A stretch of DNA of 32,380 nucleotides from Planctomycetota bacterium (GTDB taxonomy: Bacteria > Planctomycetota > UBA1135 > UBA2386), in NCBI GenBank assembly GCA_947455805.1, contig CANGSN010000003.1:1-32380 (forward strand), written 5' to 3'. The notes beneath the pieces were generated by a model. That model did no database searches and was not told the DNA's origin. It saw only the letters and a program-made list of their open reading frames with translations. Shown here piece after piece: positions 26,405 to 32,380 of the stretch (position 1 is the stretch's first letter; every line of letters starts with the position of its first letter). Made by a program: the position numbers and the translations under genes.

Positions 26405-26998
26405 ATGAACAACCCAAACAGGCCACCGCACTTCGGCCGCCACGTTCGCGCGATCCCGGTCGTCGAATGGCCCCGCGACGTACTGACGAGCCTGAGCCTC
26501 GACCACGGCTTCGCGGAGGTCGCCAGCCTTCCTGACGACGAGTTGCCTGCGCTGCTCGAGGCGCACTTCGCACCGCTGCGCGAACGAGGCGAACCGATCC
26601 GCGACTCCGTTCCCCTGTTCGGCGGCCTGATTCTCGAGTTCGACGCGACGCGGCGGATCTACCCACAGTGCTGCGGCGACCTCTCGGACGTCACGTCATG
26701 GCTCGATCCGGACGATTCGCTTTCGGGCAAGGCGTTGGTGGCGACTGCGGGGCACCCGTGCCCGGAGCTCATCCGTGAGGGCAAGATGGTGCGGTTGGTT
26801 TGCTCCGATCGGGACGAGCCGTTCGACCCACGCGTCGATCGCGACGTCGTCGTGCCTGCGGCGAGTCTGCGAGCGGCAGTCGCATCCGCCCTGGAACAGC
26901 TCGAGGCGTTCGCCAGGCGACTCGAACGCACAGGCCACCTTCGGGGTCATCCGGGACTGGCGCAGATCCTGGCCGGCCGATCCGACCTTGCTCACTGA
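26405..26998 (+). CDS. Hypothetical protein, 197 aa
   Basis: ATG-started ORF with motif LFGGL.....IYPQCCGDLSD...W and GHP.P. Confidence 0.65.
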   Translation: MNNPNRPPHFGRHVRAIPVVEWPRDVLTSLSLDHGFAEVASLPDDELPALLEAHFAPLRERGEPIRDSVPLFGGLILEFDATRRIYPQCCGDLSDVTSWLDPDDSLSGKALVATAGHPCPELIREGKMVRLVCSDRDEPFDPRVDRDVVVPAASLRAAVASALEQLEAFARRLERTGHLRGHPGLAQILAGRSDLAH

Positions 26999-27053
26999 GC
27001 CGGCCGAGGAGGCGAACGGCAGAGGGCAGCGACCGCGGGCGTGCTCGCGGGCG

Positions 27054-27290
27054 CTACGCGGGATCAGGCGGCGCCGCCTTCCACGTCTCAGGCTTCCTCC
27101 GGCGATCGCGCTCGAACGGCTTACCGGCGCACTGGGCAAGGCCTCGTAGCTGCAGCGTGATCAGGTGGGCCTCCACCGCCTGCTTGTCGATCCCGGTCTG
27201 CGCCGCGATCTGGTCCACCGAGAGCATGTTGTGCGCGGCTCGCAGCGCGCTCAGCACACGGGACACGGCATTCTGGTCGCCCTCCTGCAT
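27054..27290 (-). CDS. Small winged helix-turn-helix protein, 78 aa
   Basis: VLSAL...LSVDQIAAQTGIDKQAVEAHLITLQLRGL HTH pattern. Confidence 0.65.
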   Translation of the reverse strand: MQEGDQNAVSRVLSALRAAHNMLSVDQIAAQTGIDKQAVEAHLITLQLRGLAQCAGKPFERDRRRKPETWKAAPPDPA

Positions 27291-27563
27291 TCCCCCACCG
27301 TACGCAAGGCCTCACAGCGTTCCAGCCGCTCGTCGCAGGCGCTGGCTCTCGCTGCGGCGCAAGCCGCTCGTGTCCGCTGCTTCCGATGCGCAGCGCACGG
27401 CCAGACGCCGAGGGGCCGTTTGGTGCTTCGCATCACGGTCCGTATCGTGAGCAAGGCGGACGGTCGCCCCCAGCTGAGCGGGCAACCCATCTTGACATGC
27501 ATCGATGTCGAGGACCCGCGCGGGCCCCCTCGACTCGTAGATGGGAACCTGTATCATGCAGAG

Positions 27564-27944
27564 ATGCAGATGCCTCTTTGGTTGTCGAGGTTCGTGAGAA
27601 CGATAGTGATATGCACGCTACCGCTCGCGACTTCGTGCTCTCTCCGCCTTGCGGACTTCAACGCAATATCGACCCGCAACGTCAATCTCGATCAGATCGA
27701 CCTCGACAGTGTGCCCGGCAAGCGCGTTGTCGGCACCTCGACGCGCTTCATCTTCTTGTTCATCCCATTTGGTCTGCCGACACTCGAGGAAGCGGTGGAT
27801 GATGCTCTCGACTCCGGTGGAGGCGACCTGATGACCGACACGGCGGTCTACAGCACTGGATGGTGGTTCCTCGTGGGCACGACTTCGATCGAGGTGCGCG
27901 GCTCGGTGGTAGACACGAAGAAGGCAAGGCGAGGGGGATCTTGA
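27564..27944 (+). CDS. Small lipoprotein, paralogue 1
   Basis: Lipobox-like LATSC; TLEEAVDDALDSGGGDLMTD; start at ATG 27564 or 27570. Confidence 0.75.
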   Translation: MQMPLWLSRFVRTIVICTLPLATSCSLRLADFNAISTRNVNLDQIDLDSVPGKRVVGTSTRFIFLFIPFGLPTLEEAVDDALDSGGGDLMTDTAVYSTGWWFLVGTTSIEVRGSVVDTKKARRGGS

Positions 27945-28300
27945 TGTCATACCGACTTTGCACCGCAGTCTTGAGCACATTGCTGCTATCCGGCTGCGTC
28001 GTCCATCACGGCGACTTCACCGTACTCTCCAACAAGCTTGTGCGCCTTTCCGACTTCAACGTGTCGAAGGCTGAACGCCAGAAGGGCGTCGAGGGTACCG
28101 ACCAGCTGCACATCATCATTCTCTTCCCTACCAAGGGCAACACCACCCTGGAAGAGGCTGTAGATGACGCTCTCGCGAAGGGCGGTGGAGATGTGATGAC
28201 GGATGCGACCGTACGGCGATGGTTCTGGTACATTCCATACATCTATGGGCAGGAGGGTTGGTCCGTCACCGGAGACGTCATCAAGACGCGACGCAACTGA
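27944..28300 (+). CDS. Small lipoprotein, paralogue 2, 118 aa
   Basis: TGATG coupling with GAGGGGG RBS; lipobox LSGC; TLEEAVDDALAKGGGDVMTD. Confidence 0.8.
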   Translation: MSYRLCTAVLSTLLLSGCVVHHGDFTVLSNKLVRLSDFNVSKAERQKGVEGTDQLHIIILFPTKGNTTLEEAVDDALAKGGGDVMTDATVRRWFWYIPYIYGQEGWSVTGDVIKTRRN

Positions 28301-28510
28301 CCTGATACGGCTCCAGGAGCGATTTGGCTCAGCGTCTGGCGTGCCGGCAAGCGGCTCGACCGCCTGCGCCAACCAAGTCAGCAATGGCGAAGACGGCGAA
28401 GAGCACGAGGGACGGCGTCTCAACACCAACGCTGTGCGCTCTCCCGACCCGCTCGCTGCGAACACCGCCACAACGCGCCTGAGCCCCCAGTGGAACACCC
28501 CCCCACAACC

Positions 28511-28539
28511 TCGACGCCACACAGCCCCGCGCGCACGAT
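28511..28539 (+). promoter_or_regulatory. Putative sigma70-like promoter
   Basis: TCGACG, 17-nt spacer, CACGAT, then 6 nt to ATG 28546. Confidence 0.35.
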
Positions 28540-28545
28540 GGAGCG

Positions 28546-31260
28546 ATGCGCCACCTCGCCCTCCCGCTCGCGGGCCTCGCGTTCGTCGCCTGCCTCGGCT
28601 CGGACCCGCAGCGACCAGCCGCCCCGCGCGAACGCGTTGGGCGCGGCACCGACGGGCGGCAGACCACATCGGTCAACCAGACGCTGACGCCGCGCGGGCA
28701 GCAGCTCGACCTGCCCGGCCTTCGCCCGCAGGTGCTCGCCTCGTCGCCGGACGGCCGCTTCCTCTACACCTCCGGCAAGACCAGCGAACTGCTCGTCGTC
28801 GACGCCGAGAACGGCACCGTGGCCCAGCGTGTGGCGCTGCCGAACGACGCGCAGCAGGCGCCGCTGCCGCCGAACAGCAAGGAGCAGAAGCCCGACAAGG
28901 ACGGCCAGGCCAGCTACACCGGCCTGTGTGTCGCTGCCGACGGCCGCACGCTGTGGCTCGCCAACGTGCGCGGCTCGATCAAGGTGTTCACCGTCGACGA
29001 AGCCGGAGTCGTCAAGCCGTCGCACAGCCTGCCGCTGCCGAAGGCGAACGCGCCGCGGCGCGACGAGGAGATCCCGAGCGGGCTCGCGCTGACCCCCGAC
29101 GGCGAACGGCTGCTCGTCTGCGGCAACCTGAGCAACCGCCTGCTCGAGATCGACGCGAAGACCGGTGTACTGCGCCGCAGCTTCGAGGTCGGCGTGGCGC
29201 CGTACGACGTCGTGCTGGTCGGCGACCGCGCGTTCGTCAGCAACCAGGGCGGTCGGCGGCCGGAGGCAGGCGACCTCACCGGCCCGGCCGGCCGCGGCAC
29301 CGTCGTGCGCGTCGATCCCGTGCGCCACATCGCCAGCGAAGGCAGCGTCACCGTCGTCGATCTGGCGCGCGGCAGCGTGCTGCGCGAGACGCGCACCGGC
29401 CTGCACGCCAGCGACCTCGCCGTGGCGCCGGGCGGCGCGTTCGTCGTCTGCGCCAACGCCGGCAGCGACACCGTTTCCGTGCTCGATCGCGACGGCAACC
29501 TGGTCGAGACCCTGTGGACGCGGCAGAAGCCGAGCGACCTGCTGCAGGCGTCGCCGAACGCGCTCTGCTTCGACGCGGACGGCGAACGCCTCTACGTCGC
29601 CAACGGCACGATGAACGCGATCGCCGTGCTGCACTTCGAACCCGAGGACCGCGGCGACAGCCGCCTGCTCGGCTTCGTACCCGTCGGCTGGTATCCCGGC
29701 GCGATGCTGTTCGACCAGGCGCGCGGGCGCCTCGCCGTCGCCAACGTGAAGGGCCTCGGCCCCGGCCGCCCGCGCAAGGGCAGCGGCATCGCCGAGTGGA
29801 ACAGCCACCAGCACCACGGCTCGCTGTCGCTGGTGCCGCTGCCGGCGGACGACGACGAGCTGCAGCGCCTGTCGCTGCAGGTCGACGCCAACCTGCGCCG
29901 CGACGCGATCGAGCACGCGTTGCTGCCGCCGCGCCCAGGCCAGCCGCCGCGCGCGATCCCCGAGCGCATCGGCGAGCCGAGCCGCATCCGCCACGTCGTC
30001 TACGTCATCAAGGAGAACCGCACCTACGACCAGGTGCTCGGCGACATCACGACCGGCGACGGCGACCCGCAACTGTGCGTGTTCGGCGAGCACTTCACGC
30101 CGAACCAGCACGCGCTGGCGCGGCAGTTCGTGCTGCTCCACAACACGTATTGCAGCGGCATCCTGTCGGCCGACGGCCACCAGTGGAGCACGGCAGCGTT
30201 CGCCAGCGACTACCTCGAGAAGAGCTTCGCCGGCTGGCCGCGCAGCTATCCCGACGGCATGGGCGAGGACGAGAAGGACGCGCTGTCGTACTCGCCGGCC
30301 GGCTTCTTGTGGGACCACGCGCTCGCCCGCGGCATCACGCTGCGCAACTACGGCGAGTTCTGCGGGCCGAAGGTGCGTTGGCGCGACGCCGAGAAGTACG
30401 GCGAGCCCCAGTTCCTCGACTGCTTCCGAGCCTGGCGCGACAAGACCGGCGACGTCGTGTTCGCCAGCGAACCCAGCGTGCCGTCGCTGCTGCCGCACAG
30501 TCCGCCGCACTACGTCGGATGGAGCATGGAGACCCCGGACCAGTATCGCGCCGACGTCGTGATCGACGAGCTGGCGCAGTTCGAGGCGAAGGGCGAGTTC
30601 CCGCAGCTGGTGCTGATCTGCCTGCCGAACGACCACACCAGCGGCACCAAGGCCGGCTGCCCGACGCCGGCGGCGTGCATGGCCGACAACGACCTCGCGT
30701 TCGGCCGCATCGTCGAGGCGCTGTCGAAGTCGCGCTTCTGGCCGCAGATGGCGATCTTCGGCATCGAGGACGATCCGCAGGCCGGCTGGGACCACCGCAG
30801 CGGCTACCGCACGACCTGCTACGTCGCGAGCCCGTTCGCGCGCCGCGGAGTGACGGTGTCGACGCAGTACAACACCACCAGCGTCCTGCGCACGATGGAG
30901 CAGATCCTCGGCATCCCGCCGATGAACGTGTTCGACGCCAGCGCCGAGCCGATGTTCGACTGCTTCACCGAGACGCCCGACCTGACGCCGTTCACGGCGC
31001 TGCCGACCAACGTGCCGCTCGACACGATGAACCCGCAGCCGACGTCGCTGATCGACCGCCAGCTGCGCGACGACGCCGCGGTGTCGGCGACGCTGAACTT
31101 CGCCGAGATCGACCGTGCGCCCGAGGACGTGCTGAACCGCATCCTGTGGCGCGCGATGCGCGGCTCGGTGGCGCCCTATCCGGAGTGGGCGATCACCAGC
31201 GGCGACGACGACGAGGAGGAAGAAGAGGAGGAGCGGCGGCGCGCGGCGGCGACGAAGTGA
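28546..31260 (+). CDS. Exported bifunctional YncE/YVTN beta-propeller plus alkaline-phosphatase-superfamily phosphoesterase, 904 aa
   Basis: Signal peptide; propeller repeats (PSGLALTPDG, VGVAPYDV, VPVGWYPG); phosphoesterase IRHVVYVIKENRTYDQVLGD, SADGHQW, LPNDHTSG, EDDPQAGWDH. Confidence 0.9.
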   Translation: MRHLALPLAGLAFVACLGSDPQRPAAPRERVGRGTDGRQTTSVNQTLTPRGQQLDLPGLRPQVLASSPDGRFLYTSGKTSELLVVDAENGTVAQRVALPNDAQQAPLPPNSKEQKPDKDGQASYTGLCVAADGRTLWLANVRGSIKVFTVDEAGVVKPSHSLPLPKANAPRRDEEIPSGLALTPDGERLLVCGNLSNRLLEIDAKTGVLRRSFEVGVAPYDVVLVGDRAFVSNQGGRRPEAGDLTGPAGRGTVVRVDPVRHIASEGSVTVVDLARGSVLRETRTGLHASDLAVAPGGAFVVCANAGSDTVSVLDRDGNLVETLWTRQKPSDLLQASPNALCFDADGERLYVANGTMNAIAVLHFEPEDRGDSRLLGFVPVGWYPGAMLFDQARGRLAVANVKGLGPGRPRKGSGIAEWNSHQHHGSLSLVPLPADDDELQRLSLQVDANLRRDAIEHALLPPRPGQPPRAIPERIGEPSRIRHVVYVIKENRTYDQVLGDITTGDGDPQLCVFGEHFTPNQHALARQFVLLHNTYCSGILSADGHQWSTAAFASDYLEKSFAGWPRSYPDGMGEDEKDALSYSPAGFLWDHALARGITLRNYGEFCGPKVRWRDAEKYGEPQFLDCFRAWRDKTGDVVFASEPSVPSLLPHSPPHYVGWSMETPDQYRADVVIDELAQFEAKGEFPQLVLICLPNDHTSGTKAGCPTPAACMADNDLAFGRIVEALSKSRFWPQMAIFGIEDDPQAGWDHRSGYRTTCYVASPFARRGVTVSTQYNTTSVLRTMEQILGIPPMNVFDASAEPMFDCFTETPDLTPFTALPTNVPLDTMNPQPTSLIDRQLRDDAAVSATLNFAEIDRAPEDVLNRILWRAMRGSVAPYPEWAITSGDDDEEEEEEERRRAAATK

Positions 31261-31263
31261 TCG

Positions 31264-32380
31264 TCAGCGCCCGTCGTTCGCGCCTGCCGATGGCGGCTTC
31301 ACCTCGACGTCCGGACCGTTGTCGCGTTCGTCGGTGCCCTCGCGCACCAGCAGCAGCTTGCTGTTGGCGACGCGGTTCGTGCGGTTGCCGCGGATGGCGC
31401 CGCGCACGAAGCGGACGGCTTCGTCACCCATGATCCCGAACAAGAAGTCGTCGTCCGCCAGCTTGGCGCCCATGCCGCCGTCGATGCCCCGGACGACGCA
31501 GTCGACGAAGGCCGCCTGCTCGCATTCACGGAAACTGAACGCGGAGTAGTCAGCGCCCGAGTCCCGGAACAACACACCGACCAGATCGACACGCTTGCAC
31601 TTCGTGAAGTAGGCAACGCCGTTGCGGCACGTGTGGATCTCGCCGCGCTCCATGCGGAACCCGTCGACCTGCTCGGCGACGACGCCCTCGGTGCCACAGC
31701 CGAACAGCTCGCAGTCGCGCACGACGACGTTCTTGCAGTCCTTCAGCGTCAGCACCGGCGCCGTGCAGTAGTGCTCGACGCTGGTGTCGTGGCCGAGCAC
31801 GAGCCCTTCGAACGTGACGTCGCTGCAGCCTTCGCAGCGCACGACGTCGACCGGCGACTTGCCGAGCACACGCACCGGCCCGCCGATCGTGCACAGCCGC
31901 AGGTTGCGCACCCCCTTGATCACCAGGAACGGCACCGGATGCGGATCGCGGAACTCGACCGCCGGGTTGGCCGGCAGTTCGCCGTCGTCGTCGCTGCCGG
32001 TCAGCACGAACGGACCGCCGACGAGTTCGATCGTGCGGTCGCTGCCGATCGCCGCGATCAGCTGGCGCTGCGTGTGCACCTGCATGCGCTGGCGCGCCGG
32101 CGGCTTCTGCTTGGCGAGGATCTGCCACTCGCCGCGCAGCTTGCTCGCCATCTCGGCCGGCAGCGCCGAAGCGAACGCGAACTTCGCCGTGCCGACGCGC
32201 ACCTCCTCGCCGGTGATCGACACGCGCAGGCGCACGAAGCCGTCTTCGCCGGCGAGCCGCAGTTCGGCCTGCGTGTCGCGCACGGCGAACGGTTCCTTCG
32301 TCGCCGCATCGGCGGGCAGCGTGGCGCACAGCGCCTTCCGCAGCAGGCCGCCGTCATGGACGATCCCGCTGTACTCCGGC
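31264..32380 (-). CDS. Right-handed parallel beta-helix repeat protein, 5' end outside the window
   Basis: The frame is open from the window end to TGA at 31264; repeats such as VTFEGLVLGH, CKNVVVRDCELFGCGTEGV, CRNGV, CKRVDL. Confidence 0.78.
   Translation of the reverse strand, partial: PEYSGIVHDGGLLRKALCATLPADAATKEPFAVRDTQAELRLAGEDGFVRLRVSITGEEVRVGTAKFAFASALPAEMASKLRGEWQILAKQKPPARQRMQVHTQRQLIAAIGSDRTIELVGGPFVLTGSDDDGELPANPAVEFRDPHPVPFLVIKGVRNLRLCTIGGPVRVLGKSPVDVVRCEGCSDVTFEGLVLGHDTSVEHYCTAPVLTLKDCKNVVVRDCELFGCGTEGVVAEQVDGFRMERGEIHTCRNGVAYFTKCKRVDLVGVLFRDSGADYSAFSFRECEQAAFVDCVVRGIDGGMGAKLADDDFLFGIMGDEAVRFVRGAIRGNRTNRVANSKLLLVREGTDERDNGPDVEVKPPSAGANDGR

Noticed and set aside
28498-28504. C7 tract upstream of the phosphoesterase
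   Set aside because: Too short and outside the predicted promoter spacer to argue for phase variation.
28329-28676. Minus-strand ORF with a hydrophobic stretch (SLVLFAVFAIADLVG)
   Set aside because: It overlaps the phosphoesterase start and has no convincing start or motif; at most a gene remnant.
1-32380. CRISPR arrays, tRNA/rRNA, integrase or transposase genes, intrinsic terminators
   Set aside because: No regularly spaced repeats, cloverleaf or rRNA signatures, recombinase motifs, or hairpin-plus-U-tract elements were seen by eye; a tool scan could still find weak cases.

Overview
High-GC bacterial genomic window, densely coding, with no rRNA, tRNA, CRISPR array, integrase or transposase that I can recognise. 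The gene repertoire (ECF sigma/membrane anti-sigma pair, PEP-CTERM protein, many lipoproteins, a large secreted protease ending in ...TSNGVRLTIGV) suggests a Planctomycetota genome (inference). In order, it contains: two tandem paralogous GT-C-type membrane glycosyltransferases; an ECF sigma factor coupled to a single-pass leucine-rich-repeat protein; an RlmN-family radical SAM methyltransferase; and a MarR plus Tat-lipoprotein DODA-type dioxygenase operon with a visible operator. Next comes an ABC-ATPase plus TOPRIM-like (DUF4276-like) two-gene cassette bracketed by a ~36-bp direct repeat of the dioxygenase 3' end, which is the best candidate for a novel mobile defence module. The rest comprises a split biotin carboxylase/BCCP operon with yfiT; two accessory patches of small, partly chimeric or truncated genes (14.3-18.6 kb and 26.1-28.3 kb); a VIT-domain PEP-CTERM membrane protein; an M4/M36-like metalloprotease; a YncE-propeller/phosphoesterase; and a truncated beta-helix protein. 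Family names come from motif recognition by eye, not database searches. Most long ORFs in the supplied track are high-GC shadow frames.
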